A stretch of DNA of 29,340 bases from a virus. Its lineage: Duplodnaviria > Caudoviricetes. How positions within the stretch are numbered: position 1 is the first letter of the stretch; every line of letters begins with the position of its first letter. This document shows, in pieces, positions 16,720 through 24,896 of this stretch. The stretch is taken from IMG/VR virus record IMGVR_UViG_3300034101_000148, positions 1 through 29,340 of that record; one strand, 5' to 3'. The position numbers and the translations under genes were made by a program. The notes under the pieces were generated by a model, which was given only the letters and a program-made list of their open reading frames with translations, was not told the origin of the DNA and did not search any database.

Positions 16720-17598
16720 TCAACCCTTCTTAGACCACTTCTTGATGACATCCGACACATCGCCAGACGGCGCAGCCGGTTCAGCCTTCTTGGTCTCACG
16801 AACGACGGGTTCAGCAACAGCCTCCTCAGTCGGATTAAACGTAGCACTCGTAGCCGTAGCAACGACCACAGTCTCTTCGCCTTCATCCTGCTGATACACG
16901 GTCAACTTAACAGCGTTCTCCGCTGCCTTAGTCTCCTTCTGACGTTGCACGGCCTCAGCATCCTCTTGAGGGACAACGCCAATAGGCGAGAACAGCAACT
17001 TTGGTACAGGTGACTTGGTGTCAAACTGCATCTTCGTGATTACACGACCTGCCGAAATGTTGTTATTGGCAAGCATCTGAATGTATGGACGGAACGGATA
17101 CTTACCGCCCTCTTCCTTACCAAAGCAGGAAGTAGCCGGGAGAACCAACTGCATGACATCGCCGTTCGGATCTTGCGGGAGAACCACAGCCGTACGCCAC
17201 GACAGACGACACGCCGAGCCGCTGCCACCTTGACCAGAACCCTTAACAGAGAACTGACACTTGTCACAGGCAGAGGCTTGCGGAGTCTTCACTTCCGGAT
17301 CAGGCGTCTTGGAATCAGACGACCAACACACCGGAGAAATCTTCTCACCTTCCTTGTACGCACCCGTGTAGTAAGTGCGGCTTGGGGCGTGAGCCATCTT
17401 CACAAAGATCACATTCATGTGGCGATCTTCGATGGAGCCAATCTCCTTACCACCGGCCATCTTGCGGAACACGCCGCCCTTGATAGAGATGCGCTTAGAC
17501 AGCCCACCGCCACCGGCAACTGCACGGGTATCGTCATCGACCCCGCCTTGGATCTGGGCGAGTTCGCTCTTCAAACTTGCAATGATATCGTTACTCAT
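16720..17598 (-). CDS. Putative single-stranded DNA-binding/annealing protein with four Cys (probable Zn site), 292 aa
   Basis: RISIKGGVFR..RTYY..PVCWSSD..PQASACDKC..SG..ACR pattern; low-complexity Ala/Glu tail; replication-module position. Start moved to ATG 17598 (MSNDII), which has GAGGA upstream. Confidence 0.6.
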   Translation of the reverse strand: MSNDIIASLKSELAQIQGGVDDDTRAVAGGGGLSKRISIKGGVFRKMAGGKEIGSIEDRHMNVIFVKMAHAPSRTYYTGAYKEGEKISPVCWSSDSKTPDPEVKTPQASACDKCQFSVKGSGQGGSGSACRLSWRTAVVLPQDPNGDVMQLVLPATSCFGKEEGGKYPFRPYIQMLANNNISAGRVITKMQFDTKSPVPKLLFSPIGVVPQEDAEAVQRQKETKAAENAVKLTVYQQDEGEETVVVATATSATFNPTEEAVAEPVVRETKKAEPAAPSGDVSDVIKKWSKKG

Positions 17599-17605
17599 AA
17601 ATTCC

Positions 17606-18004
17606 TCACTTACTGGCTTTACGCACTGAAACACCGTACTCACGCATCACATTCACTCCCGGCGGTAGACCATCCATCGCGGTCTCCGAAAGGAACTGCT
17701 TAAAGTTGCTCTGATGGATGCGCCGCTCAAGCAACTGAACTGCTTCGTTATCTAAAACGAACTTGTAGAAATTTTCCCAGTCTTGACAGAAGAAGCGTTC
17801 GTTTAACTTCCTCATCACCGTGCCGTGCTTTGTCTTGATGCTATCGGCATTGACTGCGTTACACATCTCAAGCATGACTGCTTCTAACTTAGCCATGTCT
17901 TCCTTCAACTTGGCATCCGCTGCCTCATACTCGCGGAGCAACTTATCCCGCTCCGAGCGTATTAACAAATACGCTTCGACATACTGATCTGTATCTGTAC
18001 TCAT
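17606..18004 (-). CDS. Conserved phage protein with N-terminal coiled coil, 132 aa
   Basis: YLLIR..coiled coil..SIKTKHGTV..DWENFYKFV..LLERRI.Q..PPGV pattern, commonly seen between SNF2 helicase and SSB-like genes; ATGA overlap with the helicase. Confidence 0.8.
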   Translation of the reverse strand: MSTDTDQYVEAYLLIRSERDKLLREYEAADAKLKEDMAKLEAVMLEMCNAVNADSIKTKHGTVMRKLNERFFCQDWENFYKFVLDNEAVQLLERRIHQSNFKQFLSETAMDGLPPGVNVMREYGVSVRKASK

Positions 18005-19587
18005 ACTTCCTCCAACTCCTGCTTGTACAGGTCTACTAACTTTTGATGGTCATCAACTTTGCCTTGGAGCATGGTGTAGATCTTCTTTTCAACTTCCGAT
18101 CCACGCAGATGCACCACCGACATTTTGTTGACTTGGCCTACTCTCTCAATACGAGCAATGCACTGTAGATACGTCTCTACTGACATTACCGGTGCCCAGA
18201 ATACAACCGTGTCAGCAGCAGTTAGCGTTACGCCGTGTGATGCAGATTGAGGCTGAATTACTAGGACTCTAGGATCTGTCGCAGTTTGGAACCGGTTGAT
18301 AACGTCGTGCCGATTCTGGGCTGAAACACTTCCGTTTATTACCTCGTTCGTTATGCCTTCTTTCGTCAGGAATTCCGTAACGATGTCGATAGCATGAAGG
18401 AACGGAACAAATACTACAACCTTGTTGGTAGTTTCTTCAAGCACTTCTTTGAGCGCATTTAAACGTGGCGCGATGTCGAACTGCACAACGTCATGCTTGT
18501 CGGTGTACACCGCACCTGAAGATATCTGTAGAAGTTTATTAAGAGCCGCTGCCGCATTGACGGCGGAGACTTGCTCTCCGGCTGCTTCTATCAGTAATTG
18601 CTTTTTTAACGCATGGTAATACTTAGACGCCTGTGGACTTAGTTGTACGTCTCGGGTTTGGTAAATAATTTCTGGAAGATCTAAACACTCCTTCTTGGTA
18701 TATCGAACCGCTGGTTGTAGCGCACGGTACACCTCGTCGGTAGCCACGTGTTTCGGAACCCATTTAAATTTACTGACCTGCACCATGACGCGATCACGCC
18801 ATGCGGTTGAGAACTTGGGAACGCGCCCCGGACTAACCAATTTAGCTAATCCAAACGCATCGACCGGCGACTGTGCGGCAGGGGTTCCCGTCAACATCCA
18901 TAGCCATGTGTCTGCCTGAATCAACTTGGCAAGGTTCTTCCATCGCTTTGTGCTAGGACTTTTATAAGCGTTTGCCTCGTCAATCACGATGAGATCGAAC
19001 TTGGCTTGCTGTAAGTCTTCTAGTACGACCGCTGTGCCGTCATAGTTAATAATCGTAAAGTCAAAGTTCTCATCTAATATTTTCTTACGCTTTGAAGATG
19101 AGCCGTGTGCGACACCACACGTTCTGTGCATTGCCGTCTTAAAGATGTCGGCTTGCCATGCTGAATACATAATTGACAACGGGCAGATGACTAGTACTTT
19201 CTTGATTACGTTCTGTTTCATCAAGTAGTCAGCAGCCCAGACCACCGCTGATGTCTTGCCTGTCCCGGCCTCGTTAAAGCAGAAGGCTCGTTGACGCAGG
19301 GACAGAAACTCTGCCGTGTCGCGTTGGTGATCGAAAGGTTTGTAGAAACCCGGCCAGTCGTAGTCCCTCTGCATGGGCGAGGGGATCTTGGGCACGTTGG
19401 GGTTAGGGAGGTAACGATCTAGGTATTCAGCGAGAGTTTTCATCTCGCCATGATCCCAACAGATCAGGACTTCTTTACTGTGTTTGTTGTCTTTGAGGAT
19501 TTCGCTACGTTCTAGCCGGGTTGTGATTTCGGCAGCGAAATTATTGGATGCGGTTATCTGCACCGCTGCATTGTCTACTATTTGCAT
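18001..19587 (-). CDS. SNF2-family (SF2) DNA helicase/ATPase, 528 aa
   Basis: PFDHQ Q-motif, NEAGTGKT (I), VICPLS (Ia), VIDEA (II), LTGTP (III), HGVTLTAAD (V), QCIARIERVGQ (VI). Confidence 0.93.
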   Translation of the reverse strand: MQIVDNAAVQITASNNFAAEITTRLERSEILKDNKHSKEVLICWDHGEMKTLAEYLDRYLPNPNVPKIPSPMQRDYDWPGFYKPFDHQRDTAEFLSLRQRAFCFNEAGTGKTSAVVWAADYLMKQNVIKKVLVICPLSIMYSAWQADIFKTAMHRTCGVAHGSSSKRKKILDENFDFTIINYDGTAVVLEDLQQAKFDLIVIDEANAYKSPSTKRWKNLAKLIQADTWLWMLTGTPAAQSPVDAFGLAKLVSPGRVPKFSTAWRDRVMVQVSKFKWVPKHVATDEVYRALQPAVRYTKKECLDLPEIIYQTRDVQLSPQASKYYHALKKQLLIEAAGEQVSAVNAAAALNKLLQISSGAVYTDKHDVVQFDIAPRLNALKEVLEETTNKVVVFVPFLHAIDIVTEFLTKEGITNEVINGSVSAQNRHDVINRFQTATDPRVLVIQPQSASHGVTLTAADTVVFWAPVMSVETYLQCIARIERVGQVNKMSVVHLRGSEVEKKIYTMLQGKVDDHQKLVDLYKQELEEV

Positions 19588-19604
19588 ACTGTACCTTTGT
19601 TACT

Positions 19605-19742
19605 AAAAGCCCGTAACGTGGGCCAGACGGTTGACGCCTAGGGGGAATGTGCAAGGTAGCGAACCCTATCGTCAACTGGCGCGGTTATTGGGGGGAGAAG
19701 TGGGTGGTAGAAACTCCCCAGCAGCACACTCACGCCTTGTGC
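19605..19742 (-). promoter_or_regulatory. Structured intergenic element upstream of the helicase (candidate cis-regulatory RNA or DNA hairpin cluster)
   Basis: Largest intergenic gap in the window (156 nt). Inverted repeats: 19622-25/19677-80, 19630-36/19670-76 and 19639-43/19664-68 (one long interrupted stem); 19692-97/19714-19; 19724-28/19738-42; 19609-12/19620-23 followed by U4 on the minus strand. Strand is inferred from the flanking genes. Confidence 0.5.
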
Positions 19743-19743
19743 A

Positions 19744-19998
19744 TTATTTCATAGCACCGCTAGAAGTTCTACGGAAAGAACGGTTTTTTGAAGGTGGCTC
19801 CAACTTAGTTCCTGTTGAGTTACTGCCACCTTTGGATAGCGCCTTAACGTGGGCGATATCCTTACCCTTTCGGCTAATACCTTTCTTGTCATAGGATCGC
19901 CTCGCACGCTGGCGCTCCATGCGGTTCTCGTGTTCGCCACGCTCAACCTGCTGCTTGTATTCCTTCTTGTATGGCCGTGCCTTGTTTACGTATGGCAT
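19744..19998 (-). CDS. Small basic HNH-like protein (possibly degenerate), 84 aa
   Basis: R.YKKEY..RQRARR..GKDIAHVKALSKGGSN..NRSF resembles small phage HNH proteins (usually D.DH..PLS.GG.N); GGAG upstream. Confidence 0.7.
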   Translation of the reverse strand: MPYVNKARPYKKEYKQQVERGEHENRMERQRARRSYDKKGISRKGKDIAHVKALSKGGSNSTGTKLEPPSKNRSFRRTSSGAMK

Positions 19999-20326
19999 TT
20001 AATTGCTCCTCTGGAATCCAACACGTTGCTACCAAGACACGTTGGTTGCGTCCTGATTTCCCCGGCTTACGGATGCCGGTGTCTATGATCATACCCCTGT
20101 CAAGCAACGCTCTGTATCTAGCCGTGATTGAACTGTATGGGTATGTCGGGTAAATCGCTCTTACGTTATCGCTAATACAACCGTCTGCACCGAAACCCCT
20201 TATGGCTTCGTAGACCATTCTTTCTAACTTGGTTGTATCTACATCTCTCGCTGCTTCATGACTCGTATCGGGATCGTCTTGTCTAACTAAATAAAACGGA
20301 TCTGTACCGAAAATATCTCTATTCAT
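19943..20326 (-). CDS. Winged-helix DNA-binding protein, 127 aa
   Basis: R.DDPDTSHEAA..SITARYRALLDRGMIIDTG.R..KSGR.Q.V pattern. Start moved to ATG 20326 (MNRDIF), which has AAGGAG upstream. Confidence 0.72.
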   Translation of the reverse strand: MNRDIFGTDPFYLVRQDDPDTSHEAARDVDTTKLERMVYEAIRGFGADGCISDNVRAIYPTYPYSSITARYRALLDRGMIIDTGIRKPGKSGRNQRVLVATCWIPEEQLNAIRKQGTAIQEGIQAAG

Positions 20327-20327
20327 A

Positions 20328-20981
20328 CTATCGCTCCTTATAAAACTTACATGCACTAACTGGACACCACCCGCACAAACCGCCCGGCTTTGCCATCCAC
20401 ATATTGTTGTCGTAAGAGATCTGGATTGCACTCAGCACCGGGAGGAAGTTCTCCCAGAGTTTGTTTATGTCAGATCTCGCATACTCTTCAGTTACGAAAG
20501 TATTGTGCATCACGAACAACAAGCCAGCCTTGATCCGCTCAACTTCAGGAAAGTGGGCAAAAGTCATCAAGGCCATCAACTTTAACTGCTTCGGGTCAGG
20601 GTAGCGGTTGCTGCCGGTCTTGTAGTCCACGATGTAAGCATCGGCACCGTCCACAATCAGCAAGTCAACGATACCCCGTACCCACCTATCCTCCGAATCA
20701 AACGCGCATGGCTCGTGAGTTTTTGATATTGCCATCTCATGCTCACAATATCGCGAGCCGGCTATCGCGATTAGCGCGTCTAACTGTGGCTTAAAACGTT
20801 CATAATTCTTGGCAAGTGGTGTCCCGTCACGGACGTAATCCTCGCAAGCCTTGTGGACAGCCGTACCATAGAGCATCTGCTCCGTGGTTTTCTTAACAAA
20901 GTCCTTGGCTACCTTGGTGTGGTAGTACTGTTTCGGACAATTTATGTAGTCTTTAAGACTGCTGAACGACCACTGAATCAC
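20328..20981 (-). CDS. PD-(D/E)xK exonuclease, Cas4/RecB-like with four Cys (Fe-S type), 217 aa
   Basis: WSFSSL...CPKQYY, GTAVH, E.EM, RGIVDL, IVDYKTG, QL.LMA, C-terminal CGWCPVSAC. GTG start at 20981 overlaps the polymerase TAG (TAGTG). Confidence 0.9.
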   Translation of the reverse strand: MIQWSFSSLKDYINCPKQYYHTKVAKDFVKKTTEQMLYGTAVHKACEDYVRDGTPLAKNYERFKPQLDALIAIAGSRYCEHEMAISKTHEPCAFDSEDRWVRGIVDLLIVDGADAYIVDYKTGSNRYPDPKQLKLMALMTFAHFPEVERIKAGLLFVMHNTFVTEEYARSDINKLWENFLPVLSAIQISYDNNMWMAKPGGLCGWCPVSACKFYKER

Positions 20982-22840
20982 TAACAATCCCCATAGGACT
21001 CCCCGTACTTGGCCTCGCAAGCAACAGGCAACCCACTAGCCCAACTAGGGGGAGTAGACATGACTTCAGTTATAAACGCAACTGCTTGGTTTAATTCATC
21101 TTTTGGTACGACGATCACCGCTGCGTCATGCACCGTCAGGACAGGTCGATACCGCTCTCGTATCTTAAGCATCTGCTCACCAACAATAATCCGAGCCAAG
21201 GCTTGCACGATGTTCTCAACCATCGCCCCACCCCATATACTCGTGATGCCCTTGCGAGACTTGTAGATATATTTCTTATCGCTGAGTCTGAGATCTGGGT
21301 ATCGTATAAACAATTTATTTGGGAGAAGTATTCCCGAAGAGGTAGCCCATACACACTTGTTCTTGCCTATGGGGTAAGATTTTAAATTATCAGGCCATGA
21401 CGATAAGTGCGGTAGCGCACTATCGCAATCTCGCCATAAGTCCGTGATCATGTGGTTTGAATCGCGGTACAGATTCACGATGCGCTTGCACTCGTCTTCA
21501 GGCAGGTCAGCCCCCGGCGGCTGTGTCTTGAGTGTGTGTTGTAACTTCTTAGCCCCTGTGCCGTAACCCAGTCCAAGGATGCAGGTCTTACCGACGAACC
21601 GCTCGACAGGATCAGCCTTGCTGATGGGCTTCTTGTAGATCTTTGTAGCAAAGATCGAATACACATCGTCACCCTTGGCGAACTGTGCGGTGACATCATC
21701 CTGTCCAGCCAGCCAAGCCAGTACACGCGCCTCAATCTGAGAAGAGTCACAGTTGATAACGACATGGCCTGCGGGGGCCATAATCGACTTCTTCAGTGTT
21801 TTCTTTTTCTTATCACGGCTAGGCAGGTTCTGGAAATTAACCGAGTCCGATCCTGCCCAACGCCCGGTGTGCGCTCCGTAATACTTCAGTGGGATGGGAA
21901 CCTTGCCCCCGTTACGCGCACCGATCCCGATGAATCGTTCAATGCGCGACTCTTCGATGGTGGACTTCGTACCCAACCGGACAGAGCAGAGTTGTTGGAT
22001 AAGTGGGTCTTCGTGTTCTAAGAGTTCAATAAACCCTTCGTCGTTTTTAGCAAGTGCAAACGTTTCCTTACCGGTTGTTGGACTAATCTTCATCGGCACG
22101 GGGATGCCGAGTTCTTTTAGTATGGCAGCGAATTGCGGATTGCTGGCTAACTTCGCCCGAACCTCTTCCTCACTCCCAACGTCTAGTACCCCTTTCAATC
22201 CCGCCAAGAGTTCATTCTTTTCCTGCTTGATCTCTTCAAGTCGCTCGACTAGCAGCGCATCGTCCACTGTGAGGGTTGGGATGGTGTACATCCGCAGGGT
22301 CATGTCGATCAGGTCTAACTCTGACTGCGGGAAATAATCTTCGATAAAAAGGTTGAAAAGCCTGAAAGTAAGATTGACATCGTTAATGCAATAATCCCCA
22401 TAACGATGCAGATCAGCAGGAGCAAAGTCTTGCCGACGCTTCCCAAGGGCATCGACAACTTCCGTACCTTTTTCACCTAGCCCATACCTCTTAACCAGAT
22501 TCGCTAGAGATCCACTTACATCAACGCCATGCTTAGCCCGAGCCATGCAGAGCGTGTCGAAATAGTACGCAGGGGTGATGTCAAAGATGAAGGAGAGAAT
22601 CCCTCCATCGAATTGCGTGTTGTGGCACAGCAGGGCTGATGTACTCCAATCAACTTGGTTTAGCCATGCTTTAATCTCTTGCTTGGTTCCACTAAACCAT
22701 TGCGTTTCGTCATCGTCGATCTTCATCGCTACGCCGATGACTTCAAACAATGGACTACGGATGTATTCTTCCGTGGTCATCCGACTGAGACTGAACTGAT
22801 GCGAATAGTACGTCTCAAAATCTAGTGTTACGAAACTCAT
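20981..22840 (-). CDS. polA: Family A DNA polymerase with 3'-5' exonuclease domain, 619 aa
   Basis: ExoI LDFET, ExoII HNTQFD, ExoIII YCINDV; HTGRW, NFQNLP; motif A DSSQIEAR; motif B R..GKTCILGLGYG; ENIVQ; motif C VHD. Start at ATG 22840 (ATGA overlap with the upstream gene). Confidence 0.95.
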   Translation of the reverse strand: MSFVTLDFETYYSHQFSLSRMTTEEYIRSPLFEVIGVAMKIDDDETQWFSGTKQEIKAWLNQVDWSTSALLCHNTQFDGGILSFIFDITPAYYFDTLCMARAKHGVDVSGSLANLVKRYGLGEKGTEVVDALGKRRQDFAPADLHRYGDYCINDVNLTFRLFNLFIEDYFPQSELDLIDMTLRMYTIPTLTVDDALLVERLEEIKQEKNELLAGLKGVLDVGSEEEVRAKLASNPQFAAILKELGIPVPMKISPTTGKETFALAKNDEGFIELLEHEDPLIQQLCSVRLGTKSTIEESRIERFIGIGARNGGKVPIPLKYYGAHTGRWAGSDSVNFQNLPSRDKKKKTLKKSIMAPAGHVVINCDSSQIEARVLAWLAGQDDVTAQFAKGDDVYSIFATKIYKKPISKADPVERFVGKTCILGLGYGTGAKKLQHTLKTQPPGADLPEDECKRIVNLYRDSNHMITDLWRDCDSALPHLSSWPDNLKSYPIGKNKCVWATSSGILLPNKLFIRYPDLRLSDKKYIYKSRKGITSIWGGAMVENIVQALARIIVGEQMLKIRERYRPVLTVHDAAVIVVPKDELNQAVAFITEVMSTPPSWASGLPVACEAKYGESYGDC

Positions 22841-23385
22841 GGGTCTACGCTCCATGTGTCCGTTTGCCGTTCCAATCTAGGCCATTCGGATGCCGTGATG
22901 AAAGACTTATCCTGCACGAGAATGTGATTAGTGGGCTGTGCCGTGAACCTGCCGTTGTCCAACTTGATGAAGTAGAACTCCTTCGACTGCTCCGGTTCTA
23001 AACTAAACCCATCGAGCATAGGTATGGCGGTAAACATATACCGGCCAGTCAATTCTATTTTAGATCGCAAGCGAACGCGCAAAGGCACTCCTTCAAGAAA
23101 CGGATACTCCACCATGCTGAAGTGATGGCCGTAGCAATCCCATGTCTGGCTGTCGCCCGGTTTCCAATCTAGTGATGTAGTTGTAATCTTGTGCGTCAGT
23201 TGATGCAGTGGCACGTTGCGGTACACCGCTCCGCATTCAAGCATTACATGGCATCCCCACGTACGACCGGGATGACTGACTAAACCAAACCACGACACGC
23301 GCAGCCAATCTTCGTTACCGAAAGCGTGTGGCTGAACGTAGCAATATGTGTGTCGGGGCAGTGGCCCCGCGCCTGAGTAAATCAT
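22837..23385 (-). CDS. Conserved phage hypothetical protein, 182 aa
   Basis: HVMLECGAVYR.VP..WDC..E.K..IKLDNG.F.AQP.N pattern recurrent in aquatic phages; ATGA overlaps at both ends. Confidence 0.8.
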   Translation of the reverse strand: MIYSGAGPLPRHTYCYVQPHAFGNEDWLRVSWFGLVSHPGRTWGCHVMLECGAVYRNVPLHQLTHKITTTSLDWKPGDSQTWDCYGHHFSMVEYPFLEGVPLRVRLRSKIELTGRYMFTAIPMLDGFSLEPEQSKEFYFIKLDNGRFTAQPTNHILVQDKSFITASEWPRLERQTDTWSVDP

Positions 23386-23561
23386 GTGTTAACCACCCTA
23401 ATGAATTTCCACCCTTTACCCGTCTCTATGAACCCTGCCAATCTCAAAGCCTCGATAGACCGGCACTGACCGAACTTGTACTTGTGTGACCGAAAAGATT
23501 CCGGACTAGCGAACTTCCGCTTGCACTCCGTACACTTTCTTTCTTTTACGGCGACTGTCAT
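23382..23561 (-). CDS. Small C2HC zinc-finger protein (FDXHR-like), 59 aa, missed by the ORF track
   Basis: Manual translation: MTVAVKERKCTECKRKFASPESFRSHKYKFGQCRSIEALRLAGFIETGKGWKFIRVVNT. CxxC-x3-F-x5-F-x2-H-x6-C; GAGG upstream; its TGA overlaps the next ATG. Confidence 0.8.
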   Translation of the reverse strand: MTVAVKERKCTECKRKFASPESFRSHKYKFGQCRSIEALRLAGFIETGKGWKFIRVVNT

Positions 23562-23724
23562 TTTTCAACCTCGCTACCTCTCTACGTAGGTAAATAATTT
23601 CGTCTCGACAAGCCCACAACACGCTACCAACCGTCAAAAACTTCATCTCTGTCGTCGTAGAGGCGTCGTTGATGTTGGCAGGAAGTGCCTGAATCAAGTC
23701 AAGGATATCATCTTCTAGTTCCAC
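23506..23724 (-). CDS. Hypothetical protein, 72 aa
   Basis: GTG start with GGAG upstream; DI..L...A.DEI..LR..V pattern of small phage coiled-coil proteins. Confidence 0.65.
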   Translation of the reverse strand: MELEDDILDLIQALPANINDASTTTEMKFLTVGSVLWACRDEIIYLRREVARLKNDSRRKRKKVYGVQAEVR

Positions 23725-23950
23725 GTAAGGACTCCAATTCAGTCTTCAAAGTATTCAACTCTAATAAGAGGACTGTAGCCTCGTCGAACAGTCCCGCTCT
23801 CCGTATATTCTCTAAGGATCGCTCGACGCGCTTCTGCTGACTTTGACCATAGCCCCAAGGGGCAGCTTTCATCTCGTCTTTCCACGCGCCGGGCGGGGAT
23901 TGGTCGTCGATTGTTAATGTCTTTACCTTCGGCTTTGATTCGTTCGTCAT
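23708..23950 (-). CDS. Hypothetical protein, 80 aa
   Basis: ATG with GAGGA upstream; protein-like composition with a helical C-terminus; chained overlap with the next gene. Confidence 0.6.
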   Translation of the reverse strand: MTNESKPKVKTLTIDDQSPPGAWKDEMKAAPWGYGQSQQKRVERSLENIRRAGLFDEATVLLLELNTLKTELESLRGTRR

Positions 23951-24161
23951 ACTGTCTAATTCCTCGGTGTACTGCTGTTGCCATGTGATGCTGCGGCAGA
24001 TTCCACAGCACCATCAAATCCTTGTAAGTCATACGTTCGTCGAGTTCTTTGGCTTTTCGTTTACGCTCTAACAAGAACAAGTACTGCTCATACGAAAGCA
24101 CCAAGTTGTATCTTGACTTTTGTGTATAGACTTTAGGCTCTTTCCTTTTTCTTCGTGTCAT
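23739..24161 (-). CDS. Hypothetical basic protein, possibly DNA-binding, 140 aa
   Basis: Fills the 23951-24161 gap; TYKDLMVLWNLPQHHMATAVHRG is weakly HTH-like; the last ~70 codons overlap the 80-aa gene in another frame. Confidence 0.6.
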   Translation of the reverse strand: MTRRKRKEPKVYTQKSRYNLVLSYEQYLFLLERKRKAKELDERMTYKDLMVLWNLPQHHMATAVHRGIRQYDERIKAEGKDINNRRPIPARRVERRDESCPLGLWSKSAEARRAILREYTESGTVRRGYSPLIRVEYFED

Positions 24162-24167
24162 CCCTAA

Positions 24168-24881
24168 TTACCATTTCTGAAGACCATTTCTAAACTTGTT
24201 AGAGCGATGAGTAATGTACTTACTCATCTTGGCGTACTCTTCGTCACTTACTAAATGGTTTTTAAACTCCACTTTTCTCTCTGTCAGTGGAATCAAATAG
24301 ACCATTGGAGTACCGGCGTTCAGTGAATACGTAGCATTCTTTTTAGGGACAAACGCATTCACATTTGGATGTGCGGTGTCTTTAAAATTTATAAGCCCCA
24401 ATGGTATACGCAGGTCAGGATATTCAGAAATTAAATTCCAATCTGCTGATGCAAATAAAAACTTTATCCCGGCTTTGTCTGAAATAATCCACGGGCATTC
24501 CAATTTTAAATGGATGTGGTTTTCAAAACCTTTGCCAAACTGTTGTCGGTTGTGTGAATTCACCAACTCCAAACCAATTTTTTCTGTGGACTTCGCTGCA
24601 CAGTAACTCCATCTACCTTCTTCAGTAGTTTTAACTATTAAATCTACCCACAGAGGAATAGTCCAAGAACTAGAAAACAAATATACGAATCCACTACAGG
24701 TTTTCATTGTTGGAAAAGGTACGTCTATACCAAATTCGGTCGGTCTAGTAGCTACTATTTCAAGGTCTTTCCACCACTGCGGGGTATATGCAGAAGACCG
24801 TTTGATTGAACACTCTTCTAAGATTATTGCTTGATTAACAAAGCAATCAACGACCACTTTTCTTTGTTTGAAAATAAACAT
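24168..24881 (-). CDS. Conserved phage hypothetical protein (beta-rich, TMKxC / K..CPW / AGTP motifs), 237 aa
   Basis: P.WWK.L..TMKTC.GF..IPLW.D..HLKL.CPW..AGTPMV.LIP pattern, which I recall near 2OG-oxygenase genes in aquatic phages; GGAG upstream; AT-rich. Confidence 0.75.
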   Translation of the reverse strand: MFIFKQRKVVVDCFVNQAIILEECSIKRSSAYTPQWWKDLEIVATRPTEFGIDVPFPTMKTCSGFVYLFSSSWTIPLWVDLIVKTTEEGRWSYCAAKSTEKIGLELVNSHNRQQFGKGFENHIHLKLECPWIISDKAGIKFLFASADWNLISEYPDLRIPLGLINFKDTAHPNVNAFVPKKNATYSLNAGTPMVYLIPLTERKVEFKNHLVSDEEYAKMSKYITHRSNKFRNGLQKW

Positions 24882-24896
24882 TACTTTTATACTCCG

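Noticed and set aside
19588-19743. tRNA, hammerhead ribozyme or sigma70 promoter in the intergenic gap
   Set aside because: No cloverleaf or T-loop consensus and no CUGANGA/GAAA core. TTGACG occurs on both strands as part of the stem but has no convincing -10 box.
19631-19894. 87-aa + strand ORF over the intergenic element
   Set aside because: TTG start, antisense to the operon, overlaps the HNH-like gene, no recognisable motif.
20328-20981. Cas4-like gene as evidence of a CRISPR-Cas system
   Set aside because: Solo Cas4/RecB-like nucleases next to polA are common in phage replication modules; no cas1/cas2 or array here.
23354-23369. GC hairpin CGGGGC-AGTG-GCCCCG as a terminator
   Set aside because: Inside a coding region with no U-tract on either strand.
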